A stretch of DNA of 63,950 nt, filler included, from Basidiobolus ranarum (lineage: Eukaryota): NCBI GenBank assembly GCA_040143965.1. It is 10 parts of 10 records of this genome, joined end to end, with 100 filler letters (N's around TTAATTAATTAA, not from the genome) between each part and the next. Parts side by side here need not be neighbours in the genome. Positions count along the whole stretch, not along the records: positions 38,484 to 44,780 come from JASJQH010001349.1; positions 44,881 to 51,173 come from JASJQH010001350.1; 8 more parts are not named here. One strand, written 5' to 3'. The position numbers and the translations under genes are program-made. Shown piece after piece: positions 39,886 through 51,273 of this stretch. Numbering within the stretch: position 1 is the stretch's first letter; every line of letters begins with the position of its first letter. A model generated the notes under the pieces. The model was not told the origin of the DNA. It made no database searches and saw only the letters and a program-made list of their open reading frames with translations.

Positions 39886-40673
39886 AACGAATAAGGTGTA
39901 GCAGAGGTATAGCAGATAAATAGGTAATATGGAATACTCTCGATAAATGAATAAATTTGAATGCGTATTTTGCAAACCAAATTGTGATGACTAATTAGTT
40001 ACTACACTTGTTGTGTGACTTGGACATTCATGCCAATGGTTTGTGCGTGCATCTAAATTTTAGTGGTCAAAATAGTCATATGTTATTTACATCGCGAAGG
40101 TACTGTTTGTATACCTATACAGATCTGCACTTGGTCAATAGTGAATAAAACTCTCATCAAATGCTCTAGTACCTGCGGAAAACTGATTTTCAACCTCCAG
40201 CCCTCCTCCAATGTACCATGTAGGTTGTTGTCACAGCCTCCCTATGGTCGTCTTTCCTAATGCATACCGATCTACGTATGAGTCAACTTCACAACTTTTA
40301 AGGCATACTTCTGTTGATTCTTTAAATACGTAACTTACTTGTGGGTATCTGCCAATAAACATGTACCTCAACTGCGTGATCCTGCAAGATGGGCATTTTC
40401 ATGCATAAAAATAAGATCTCGATGTTTGAGAAATACGTACAATTAGTCCAGATCTATACCGAAAAACCTGCGTGACGAATGGGACTAATTTGGTTATTTT
40501 CACACGTTGATTTTTATTAATGTAGACTAAATGAAATCGGACTCTATTGGCCAACGGTACAAGTTAATATACATGAGTATTTAGTCATAGAGTAGCTGAT
40601 TTCTGGGAATAAATGATGCTAAAATTAGATATACGTCAAATTCTCAAAATTTTGACTACGATCAAGCCCGACA

Positions 40674-41690
40674 CTATTGCGTTAAAGAGTAGACAACAGC
40701 GAAGGCAAGGATTGAGAAGAAGCCAGAGGCATGAGTTTGAGTAGCAGAAGATTTGCCATTACTGCTACCAGTATTTGCAGTAGTGTTTCCATTGGTGCCA
40801 TTGGCACTTTGATAGACATTCGCGTCATTAAGACATTGTCCAACACTGATCATCGAGAAGCCTGCTGTTTTCATCAAATCAACTGCGATGGGGAATTGCT
40901 TTACACCTTCGGCACGAAGATCATGTTCTAAAGATATGACCCCCTGCTGGAGCGCAGGAACACGAGTATTAATAAAGTCAACAAATGTCTGTCTGACATT
41001 ATCAGGGTTATAGTTTGAAGTTGGGCTGTTGAGCTTCCAGTCGGAAGTATCCATGTTCCAGAGAATGACTTTGTAGCCTAAACCTCTCATGATAGCGCGA
41101 ACACGATTGTCAACATCACCAAAAGGAGGTCTCATGTATTTTGGAACAACGCCGATAGTGTCTTTGATGGCCTTCTCAGTCCATTTCATTTCGGCAACGA
41201 TTTGATCATTCGATTGGGAAGTCAGCGCAGTGTGACTCCAAGTGTGGACACAAATTTCATGGCCCTCTTGATACGTACGCTTGAGAATCTCGGGATTCTG
41301 AACAACACGACTTCCAACCACACAGAACATGGCTTTCATGTTATTATTCTTAAGGTAATCCAGGATATACGTGGTATTCTGAGAAGGTCCATCATCGAAA
41401 GTGAGACCCCACACTTTGGTTTTTGGGCAAGCAACGATATCATCTGGGGCAACACAATTTCCGCAAGTCCACCAGCATCCACAATCTTCATTACAAGGGG
41501 TTTGAGTGCATGTGGGTGGAGCTCCTGGGCTTCTTTGAGGAACATTGCCAGGGATATTAGCAATGCTGCTCGCTAATTTAGAATGCTCAGGAAGTATCGT
41601 TGGAGGAGTATCCCATTGAGGCCAGTTTGGAGTCTGGGCCTTAACGGCAACTGGGAGTAAAGATAAGAGGCCTACGACAAGGAATTTCAT
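40674..41690 (-). CDS. CDA: Chitin deacetylase (CE4/NodB), secreted and GPI-anchored, intronless
   Basis: Signal MKFLVVGLL; TFDDGP, HTWSH, RPPFG and SLEHD motifs; Ser/Thr tail with hydrophobic C-terminus. Confidence 0.95.
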   Translation of the reverse strand: MKFLVVGLLSLLPVAVKAQTPNWPQWDTPPTILPEHSKLASSIANIPGNVPQRSPGAPPTCTQTPCNEDCGCWWTCGNCVAPDDIVACPKTKVWGLTFDDGPSQNTTYILDYLKNNNMKAMFCVVGSRVVQNPEILKRTYQEGHEICVHTWSHTALTSQSNDQIVAEMKWTEKAIKDTIGVVPKYMRPPFGDVDNRVRAIMRGLGYKVILWNMDTSDWKLNSPTSNYNPDNVRQTFVDFINTRVPALQQGVISLEHDLRAEGVKQFPIAVDLMKTAGFSMISVGQCLNDANVYQSANGTNGNTTANTGSSNGKSSATQTHASGFFSILAFAVVYSLTQ

Positions 41691-44394
41691 CGGATTGCAA
41701 TCGAGAGCAAGAATGTAGAAGACCCAATGCATCGGCACCGCTGGCTATATATATGTGAGAGATAGTTGTGAAGGTTGGATATTGATGTCACTGAAAGATC
41801 AATCATTATGTAAAAAGATTGAATTCTCAAGTTAAAAATAACTATAGCAGGATAAAATAAAAATAGCTGCATATCTTGGAATATAAGCCAGTGCTGTCAG
41901 CAACGCCGATAGATGATTCCAATTGCAGCAAATTTAATATGCACATTATGGTGGCTTTTCAATGATGAATATTTAATATAGATATGTAGAAACATTGGTT
42001 AGCACCTGCTCCAACCCTAAGATCCCACATTACCCTAACATTTATGATCGAATGTCACACTCCATAATTGGTTGTAACAGATAGAAATCCTGTTTGATAA
42101 GCATGCCATAGCTAAGCCTGACTGGTGTATTGACGCTGAACTTTCTAATTTGAGCCGAGGGTAACAGCGGTTGGCCCAACACACAAAAAACCAAGACATT
42201 GAAATAAGGATCAGGGCCAACGCATAACTGATTTACGCTTAAGAGCTGCCAAGCTCTAAAACTAAGTTATCTGTTGCTAATACGGGTCGCACCAACAGCC
42301 TTTCTTTATTCCAAAGAGTAATAGTGCTCGATCTCGATAAACGATGTCACGTAAGGAAGTGTGATATCAGTAAGGTGTACTTACAATTCTAAGGCTCTCC
42401 TATCTCTCCTAAAATGGCATTGTCAGAGCCAATCCGAATCATACTTTAACGTCTCCTGCAACTTCTTAATTGGACCGAGTATGTCAGGCTAGGAACCTAT
42501 ATTCAGGGTTTCAGATGAATCTCAATGACAACTATTTTCAGCCAATATAGGGAAAGGGCTAAATGAGGTATTTACTATTTAGATTAATTGTGGGTTCCCA
42601 GCGCCAGGGCAGTTGATTCATCACAGGCAGAGCAGAGCATTGGTTGGGGTTATACCGACCAATATGGCTTCCTAAATTGGAGGCAATGAGTGCATCAATA
42701 TGTCTGTTCAACCTGACAGTCTCTAGAGTGCTCTCTAGTGAATTCTGATGCAAACTTGTGTCGAAAAACTTCAAACTGTTGGCTCAAATCCATTCTACAA
42801 GATGTCAAATGAATAGATTAGCGCAGGTGCCGAGTATACATGTATCAAATGCTTCTTATCTATAGTCATGAATCCAATGCACATAAGACGATATTCCACA
42901 TATCTCAAAACGTTGGGGGAGGGGGCTTCAAGCTCGGCCAAACAATCCCTCGGGATCTCTATAGATTACATCCCCGCCCTCTGGTTTATGTATTATTATT
43001 ACAAACATCAGGTCTATCCACAAAGATTATCAGCAGCAACTCCTTACTTTCCAATAGTATCTACAACACACTTTCAGCCTGTCTATCTAGTTACAATATT
43101 GATGTCCATTTGTACTGCATCCTCTCACTCAAGTTATGCCTCTAGAATCAGACACCATCAGTTGTCCTTGCCTCTCAACTTACAGCAAAAAAGCCATCTT
43201 ATCTCTGGCATGCCAAGAGAATCAGGTATGAATAAAAACTAAACTTGATCGCAGTAGATACTATCTAGATTTCCTTCAGGTGAAAGTCCAACATGTGTTT
43301 TGAGAGTAGTTTGCAATACCATAATTAACCATCCGTATTTGTCCAGTGAACGTACGCAATGAAGCAAAGTGCTTTGTTGTATACTATGGTATTGAAATAG
43401 CTATAGGGTGACTAACAGTGCTGTACCATTCGGGAATATTAATCGGTGATTCCTCGGTAGTTGTTGCTCACTAGTTTCGTCAGAAATAGAGATTCGGTAT
43501 GCCGAAACAAAGCCGATTCTGTCGACTTTACTGTCGGCTACATCAGGGGTACTGAGATGACTTGGCGCCAAGATAGGAAATTTAAATTAAAGTGTTTCCA
43601 TGAATTCCTTGTATCTTGATAGCGAAACATGACCGCAGGGTAAGTGGTAAGTTCATGACCTGTAACTCTTGAATCGTTAATCACTCTGGGATCTTCAGCC
43701 AACTATCGTTCCACAATGATAGGTCCAAACTCAGAGTTCAAGTGTGACCAGCTCAATGCTTGACAAGTTCTCTGTCGTAACGATTGAGCCCTGGCGTTTG
43801 GTGAACAAATCTTTTAAGAATCTTTACATCCTCGCCTAGTCAATTGGGTTCATTAAAATCGACGTGTCAGTCTTAGGCTTGCTAATGACGTCGTTCAAGG
43901 CTATCTGCAACCACATTGGAAATTCGTTTCGGTATATCCATTTAACACTTGCGCTTCAGCGGACTCACCCGATGATGTTTATGACGACTAGAGGTGATAT
44001 CCGATGAACCAGTCATGTATGGCTCTAAGTACCAAGTGAAAGTAGCTCATATATTTGAATTGATTTTAGTCAGAAACGCGTGCTTCGCGATTTTTTATTG
44101 CTATCACTCGATTTTATCTTCAGTTACAGTAAATCTGCAATCAATGGTGAAACATCATTTCAATGTGCTAACCAATGTGTAAGTTGCAATTCTCCCGAGG
44201 AACCGTCTATCGATGAACTCAGCATGTACTAACGTATTCCTCCTGTTTTGGAAGCATGAACACTCACTCTCTTGGCTACAACTTTTCAAGATATAAAAGA
44301 ACCTCTGAAAACCTATGAAATAGAATCCGTATTCCTTGATCAAAGTAAATTCATTGTACTCAACCTATTCATCTACATTCCAACTTATCTCATC

Positions 44395-44780
44395 ATGAAA
44401 CTTTCCGCTGCTCTCGTACTTTCCATTTGTGCCACCGTTGTATCCTCCGCCATCATTACTCAAACCACTACACTCCCAGCTAGTGCTTCTCCCGGTGCCA
44501 CAAATACCAATGGGAATGGAGGTGGAGCTGTAACCAGTACTGCAAGTGGAGATTCTACCAGAACTGATTCTGGTGCCGCCACTACCGTCACTTCAGTGGA
44601 CTCTGCGTCTAGATCCTCCGCTGAATCTGCTTCATCTGCGGCTGGCTCCTCCGCCCAGTCTATTTCATCTGATATTGCCTCTCAACAGTCCTCTCTTAGT
44701 TCGCAGTTATACTCAGTTGAATCAGCCGGAGATTCTAGTCTAGGCTCATTTACAAGTGCCCTCACTCGTGCCGCTCCATA
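44395..44780 (+). CDS. Secreted Ser/Thr/Ala-rich cell-surface protein, 3'-truncated
   Basis: Signal peptide MKLSAALVLSICATVVSS, low-complexity S/T/A sequence, TATAAAA at ~44292. Confidence 0.75.
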
Positions 44781-44880
44781 NNNNNNNNNNNNNNNNNNNN
44801 NNNNNNNNNNNNNNNNNNNNNNNNTTAATTAATTAANNNNNNNNNNNNNNNNNNNNNNNNNNNNNNNNNNNNNNNNNNNN
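44781..44880. other. Artificial contig linker
   Basis: N44-TTAATTAATTAA-N44. Confidence 0.99.
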
Positions 44881-45830
44881 TCCTCAGCTCCCCTAATTTA
44901 TCGAGCCTCATCGTCGTTGTCTCCTGCATTCACAACAAACGCTCTCACTCTCTAAATTTTCATTACCCCTCATCCACCGCGCCAAAATCTCTGCCAGCAG
45001 TGCGTCCGTCTTGTCAAACGTCAGTCCCGGCAGCTCCTTGGTGTTGCCGTTGTGGACCGGAAACGAGTGGTATTGGTAGCTGAGTCCAAAGCGGAGTACC
45101 ACGCTGGCGCTACCCCAGATGGTCGACAGGAAGTTTAGGCTGCCCACCAGAAGGTTGTCCGGTCCACAAATATTTAGAACAAAAGCTGACATTCTGTAAT
45201 TGTTGGGTTGGGTTGGAACTATAATCATTGCTTCTATCGAACATTGCTGTTATTGGGATCTATAGTTTCAATCATTCCATTCAGTATACTCTCTTTTCAT
45301 TAATTCACGATGCGTGAATATGAATTCTATGTTTTGCTGGTTCACAATCAAGGGTGGCTCTCCTTTACAAAACATATTTTAGATTCTGCGAACTCTTCAC
45401 TAGAAGCACATCATGGTTAATTGGTTCATCATTGGAATCGATACTCACAAAATAACATACCCTTCCTGTAGGTAATACATCTTGATGTTCATTCCATGGT
45501 ACATTGGTCACTACTTCAACTTCTGTTAACTGCCTTTCCTTTAACTAATGTATTCAGTCCTTTCGATTGACACCTATCTGGTAATTTATCGTGTAATTTG
45601 TAACTAGCATGTATAAGAAAGCTAGTCATAACTTTTCAAACTTGTAGAAGCATCATTGTAATGCTGCCCCTACATGTAATAAAGCCACACATAATGGTAG
45701 TATCTTCATAAATAGATAGAGATGGCCGAGTGATGCTCGGAAAAAAATTGAGCACAGTGTAACAAACTGTAACAACATGTTGACGTGGATCTTTATTGAA
45801 ATTTAAAATATTTCACTTCTGGTAATCATT

Positions 45831-46571
45831 TTAGCAACTCTTCGAAGCGAGTAAAATGAAGTTGGCTACCTCTTTCCAATGACTGACCAAGGATGCATGA
45901 CTAGAGTTTAATTCAATTGTGGTGGAATTGGCACGTTTGGCCATCATACGCTCGGCTGCTGGTGGGATCATCTTGTCATTGTTAGAAATTTGATACCAAG
46001 ATGGTAATTTCTTCCAGGCAGGTGGTCCACTCTTCTCAGCAAATCCCTGTGCGGCAATTGGATTTTGAACTACAGCCATGGTTTTTGCCGTTTTAAGATC
46101 TACATCGGCCGCGAAATATTTGGGGAAATATTCAGGCTTCATCCAAAGATAGTCATGTACGTCTGGATTGACATACTTTCCACTCTCCAATGGTGGATAC
46201 TTGGAATATACATCGGCCAAGGACTCACCTTCATCAAGAGCAAAACCAGCAATGAAGACAACCCCAACTACTTGCTTTGCATCAGTTCCGGCACCAGTAA
46301 CAACGGCGCAGCCATATGAGTGACCCACTAGTAAAGTAGGCCCAGTTAAGTTGTCGAGAAGCTCTCTAACTCTCTTTACATCATTGGAGAGTGAGGTTAG
46401 AGGCAACTGAGCAGCTGTCACATTGTGGCCGGCGCTTAGTAGAGTTGGGATCACTCTACTCCAACTGGATCCATCGGCCGAAGCTCCATGCACCAGAATG
46501 ATGTTCATTGCGTATGTCACCATTATGGATGACTGAAGAGTAAACGCAATCAGGATTAGTTGAAAATTCAT
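45831..46571 (-). CDS. Secreted alpha/beta-fold hydrolase (bacterial-like esterase type), intronless
   Basis: NIILVHGASADGSSW, nucleophile GHSYG, NDKMIPP (Asp) and SSHAS (His); hydrophobic leader from ATG 46571. Confidence 0.9.
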   Translation of the reverse strand: MNFQLILIAFTLQSSIMVTYAMNIILVHGASADGSSWSRVIPTLLSAGHNVTAAQLPLTSLSNDVKRVRELLDNLTGPTLLVGHSYGCAVVTGAGTDAKQVVGVVFIAGFALDEGESLADVYSKYPPLESGKYVNPDVHDYLWMKPEYFPKYFAADVDLKTAKTMAVVQNPIAAQGFAEKSGPPAWKKLPSWYQISNNDKMIPPAAERMMAKRANSTTIELNSSHASLVSHWKEVANFILLASKSC

Positions 46572-49227
46572 TATTAGATAAATCCGAATTGGCGTTTGAT
46601 GTTGCAAATGCAATCTTTTATACTCCATGAATGCGACCTTATTTGTTAGGATATTGGTTAGTAAGGGTTATCCTCAGTATGCACTTTAGCCACTGATGGA
46701 CGATATATGCTTGGCACTGAATGTGCTTTCAATAGCCCTGCACAAGGAGAAGAGACGCGACTTATTAGCCAATCAAATCTCTAGGGATTATTCTGAGCTG
46801 ATTTGCTACACCATCCCTCAGTTAATAAAATGAACGTTGACTTTTGGCAAACCGATTTGTCCTAGTACCAACACATATTCTACTCGAATTAGGACAACAA
46901 CTACGCCTGGGACGAACATATTTTTGACTGTGGAACTCGTGGCATCTTTTTCTTCCTTTTTAGGACTAGGGTTAGGGGGAAAGAGGAGAAAGAAGAGAAA
47001 AAATGACCATATCCTATAGTCTGCTAGGTAGTGGTACTAATTGCCAATAACCTAACTTATGCTCACTCCAAGTGTTCACAGCCAATACTCATTTGTTTTA
47101 CCATCAAGCATGCCACTTAAAGTTAAACTTGAGGGTCAAAACGCACTTCGGATTTGATCTTAATGCAGCATGTGCAAGCTCATTTATTGGCTTAAAACAA
47201 CGTCATCATCCTTACGCATCTTGATGATGATGAATGTTCGTTATTCTTTCGTCATAGAACAATGAGCAATTTTTCCGAGGTGACTAGTCGAGGTGGAGAT
47301 GGCTCATACATCTCTTTCAATTCTATATAATTACTAAGCTTTATAAACCAATCAAGCCTGACTTGCGGTAACTTGGACCCTTCACCGAGTAATTGGAACC
47401 TAATTTTGGCTGCAGTATGCATACTAACAGATTATAACAACCGTTAGTCCTAGTCATCATGTCAAAATATTAGTAGCAGCTGAAAGCAAAGACCCATAAT
47501 AGAGTTAGTTTAATACTTTGCTCTCAGCCAGGAGTCATACCGAATGTTTCGCTAGCGTTAACACCATATATAAAAAGAAAATTGGGTGTTGATCAAATTA
47601 GGTATATTTCTAGATTTCAACACAGTTAGATTATTCTAAGCATATTCTTGACAACTTATATCCCCCGATTAACATCGATTAATTTAAGTTTCCAAAATCC
47701 TAAATATAGATATTTGAACATATGTGACATATTCTTAATTTAGTATTTACGTAGTCCCCAAGCTAATCACACTCGCCTGCTCGTTAACACTAACATAAGG
47801 ATGAATTGAACCAGAGAGTATGCAAATATCAGTCTTTCGCTTTCAGTGCATGCGCACTACAATACCACTTCTCCGAAACAGCAAAGAACATTTTGGGCAG
47901 TCTTATTTTAAACACAAAATACGACACCATACTCATAGTCTAGAGATTAGTACACAGCACGGTTGCAAAGCCTTAGTTCCAAATAATTTAGCTTTCTAGT
48001 AGAGGTATTAACCACTACCGTCACCATTTTCACCACTACTATGAGAACCAACATATCTGGGATGCTAATAACACTGTATTTGCCGGTAAACCAACCATTG
48101 AAACAGTGCAATTCGATGGTGAAATTTCTCAATCAAGCATCTACCAATATCGTTAAAGACAAACTTTAAGCTATACGTTGTGATTGTAAGATGCTCAAGT
48201 ATGTAACATTATAGTAACAAAATGATCCAATCACAGTGCGAAGATGACAAGCAAATATCTGTTGTCCCCAAATTTGATAGCGGAGAAATAGCAATGGATA
48301 TGTGACCATCACAATTACCGGATCCTATTCCTTTTAGCATGCTTGGAGCTATCTTAGAAGAAAGTATTGGGGGAACTGTATGGCAATAAAATTTTGGATT
48401 AATTTTGGGATAGAGTGTGTATCAAGCGGTAAAAGATGCTAAATAAATATTGGCAAACTTCATTGGTGGCTTACAGCTGTTCTTAAGGTACAAGAAGTAA
48501 GTACTAAGTAAAAAGAGAGTGGTGAAAAAGCATCAATTAAAATTGATTTATGATTTTGATGGACTCCCAATGTCACTAAGAATTAACAAAATATATTGAT
48601 CTAGTATTAAGCACAGTATTATAGTGAATGGATATGTTAAGCGTGACAACAGTCAAACTGACGAATTGGTAGATAGAATTCTTTCTAAATGACTTATTCA
48701 GGTTAAAAATGTGTAATGAATATTTGGGAGGAGCAGCTGACTATACAATCCCTTATGGTATTTCTTAGGTAACTGCACTATGAACTTTAGTAATAACAGA
48801 TATTGCATCATTGACCCCCTCGTTCCCAGGACCTAATTAAGCTATAGACCATAGAATTAAACCTCTCAACAAGTATTAGCCAGAATAAGCAGCAGTTCAT
48901 GATGTATAATTGTGTTCACACCGACTCACAGTCACTGGTTCTTCGACTGAGTAGATCGCGTAGTGGTATATACGATGCTCAAAATCACAATCACATATAA
49001 AAATATCGAGAAAAAATAAAAATATGCTATTCACCATTAATACCTCAGGGAAATATGCACAGCGGATAATTTGTATGGGTATTAAATTAAAGAAATATTC
49101 AACCTTCTGTTGTTTGCATCTGAGTGGCATGCAATTTGGATTTAGAGAAGTCTCCTGAACAATTGGAGAAAAATCCATCACCACTCGAATCAAATCTCTA
49201 AGATTTCAACTCATGTTAAAAGGATGA

Positions 49228-49437
49228 TCAAATGACAATAACGTTAGCAGCAGATGGTCCTTTGGCGCCGCTAGAGACTTCAAATTCAACTTTCTGACCT
49301 TCGACTAGAGTTTTGAATCCACTGCTGGTAATGGCGCTGAAATGAACAAAGACTTCGTTAGAACCATCATCGGGTACAATGAATCCAAATCCTTTGGACT
49401 CATCAAATGATTTAACAACTCCTTTTTGCTTTGTCAT
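49228..49437 (-). CDS. Bacterial-type single-domain cold-shock protein (CspE/CspC-like), 69 aa
   Basis: RNP1 KGFGFI, RNP2 [18 protein letters not shown] and [17 protein letters not shown] about 40 nt upstream. Confidence 0.93.
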   Translation of the reverse strand: MTKQKGVVKSFDESKGFGFIVPDDGSNEVFVHFSAITSSGFKTLVEGQKVEFEVSSGAKGPSAANVIVI

Positions 49438-50310
49438 ATTGGGTATGAATACTTATTATTTTTGTATCGAGTCTCTTTTATATTCATCAACTTGAGATCA
49501 CCCCATCTTCCTAGTTGACGAGTATATTCTTGTGCTTCCTCGCAGCTTTACTTGTCACACCACAGAGGCCAATGGTAGACCCAAAGCGTACAGATGTGGT
49601 ATCGCTTATCATGGCTACATTAGTACTGCCCTTCCCCACAATTGGAGTGTGAGAACAGCAATTCTTACGGATCCTGTTTGATAAAAGCTTTTATTGTAAG
49701 AGACAAACTTCTCAGGTCATGATATATGATGATGTAAGATAAAAATCTCATATTAGGTTTCAAAACCTATGCATGAGATCAAGGTTGTTCGATGTAGATC
49801 TATGTTAACTCACATGTTTTGACAAGGTGAAGAACATCCACTCTTGAGGTGTGATAGTCAGCTACAATCAGAAAAAAGAGCTTGTACAGGAGCTTGTACC
49901 TATGCAACATATGAAAATACTCTGCGTTTGTTCATGTAATGTTTCATACCTGCTTTCCCTTTGATTTATTATTCTATTATGTATATCCAGTTACAGAATA
50001 CAATCCTACATTTGGTTTTGGGGTTTCTTTAGGTAATGAGAGTAGCTCATTTAATCTTGAAATAAACTATACATCTTAAGCTACTACTCAGGATTCTGGA
50101 ATCACTTATAAACCCCCATGTGAATGAGGCTCCTGTTGGTGGGAGAGAGTAATTTCTTAATGAACTAATCTGACTACCATAGCAATAGTCTCATAACAAA
50201 TCTGAATATGAGCTATAACATGCAATACAAAAGGATACCATACAACTGTAAAAATAAGGATCCAACGTTGAGGTAGCTGAATAAATACCATAATTTGTCA
50301 GAATTGAAAA

Positions 50311-50381
50311 TGACACAACCTAGTATCGAACCCAGAACCTCTGCAACCTGAAAAATCTAATGACTGGATTATTATCATGCC
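50311..50381 (-). pseudogene. Degenerate tRNA-like sequence (tRNA pseudogene or SINE head)
   Basis: 71 nt; GGCATGA/TTGTGTC-A acceptor-like pairing and GGTTCGATAC T-loop/B-box; anticodon arm not intact. Confidence 0.4.
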
Positions 50382-50862
50382 TTGAATCCAATAGCGAAAT
50401 GCTGATTCAGTATGGTGTATAAGGAAATACATAAAGGAAGTATTTTTTATTCACATAGTTGATGTTGACTGAAAATAAAATATTTAACAAAAGTTCCTTT
50501 ATAATCTTCACTTACCATAACATTAGGCTTCAAGTAAGAAGGTAAATACTATCTGCCAATCACAATATTTTAGATTTGGGGCTGGTATTACATCATCAAT
50601 TTCCATCTATTTTAGGTTGAATCGTGAGGAAATGGCTAGTAATTTCCATTGATAATGGACTACTATAGAAAGCTTGATCATTCGGAATATTAACACAACC
50701 AGTTACTCACCAGAGAATACTATAGGAGGGTATAAGAGAATGAAAAACAGAAACATCTATAGAAGTACAATCATGAACGATTGGATTCTTGGTGCGCAGC
50801 TATATATACCGTATGAAAAGCACTGTTATTCTCAACGCGCATCAATTATATCTCTTCCAACA

Positions 50863-51173
50863 ATGCACTTCTCCCGCACGGTCTTTTCTCTTCTGTCGTC
50901 CGCAGCAGTTCTTGCACGCTATGTTACAGCTGCACCTCTTGATAATTGCAATGTGCTCACCAGCGAGCAACAGAACCTCATTGGGCTTAATGCATGCAGC
51001 CCGGTAAAAGTCACCGTTCAGTCCGTCCCAGAATCAGTCGTGAGCTTTCACGACAATACGCCTTATCAAGTGGGACAACAAGACTTCATCACACCTGCTA
51101 ACTTGATAGCCTTGCTCGAGGGCAGTCCGAACAGCTATGGTACAAATGAGGCGAGCTTTGCGTACTACAACTA
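50863..51173 (+). CDS. Uncharacterised secreted protein, 3'-truncated
   Basis: Signal peptide MHFSRTVFSLLSSAAVLARYVTA; TATATATA at ~50801; open to the contig end. Confidence 0.7.
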
Positions 51174-51273
51174 NNNNNNNNNNNNNNNNNNNNNNNNNNN
51201 NNNNNNNNNNNNNNNNNTTAATTAATTAANNNNNNNNNNNNNNNNNNNNNNNNNNNNNNNNNNNNNNNNNNNN
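51174..51273. other. Artificial contig linker
   Basis: N44-TTAATTAATTAA-N44. Confidence 0.99.

Noticed and set aside
42559-43242. ORFs of 71-124 aa between CDA and the Ser/Thr-rich gene
   Set aside because: No family resemblance or coding-like signal I can defend.
48897-49193. QQKVEYF in the ORF downstream of csp as a second csp remnant
   Set aside because: Only a ~13-nt resemblance; the rest does not align.
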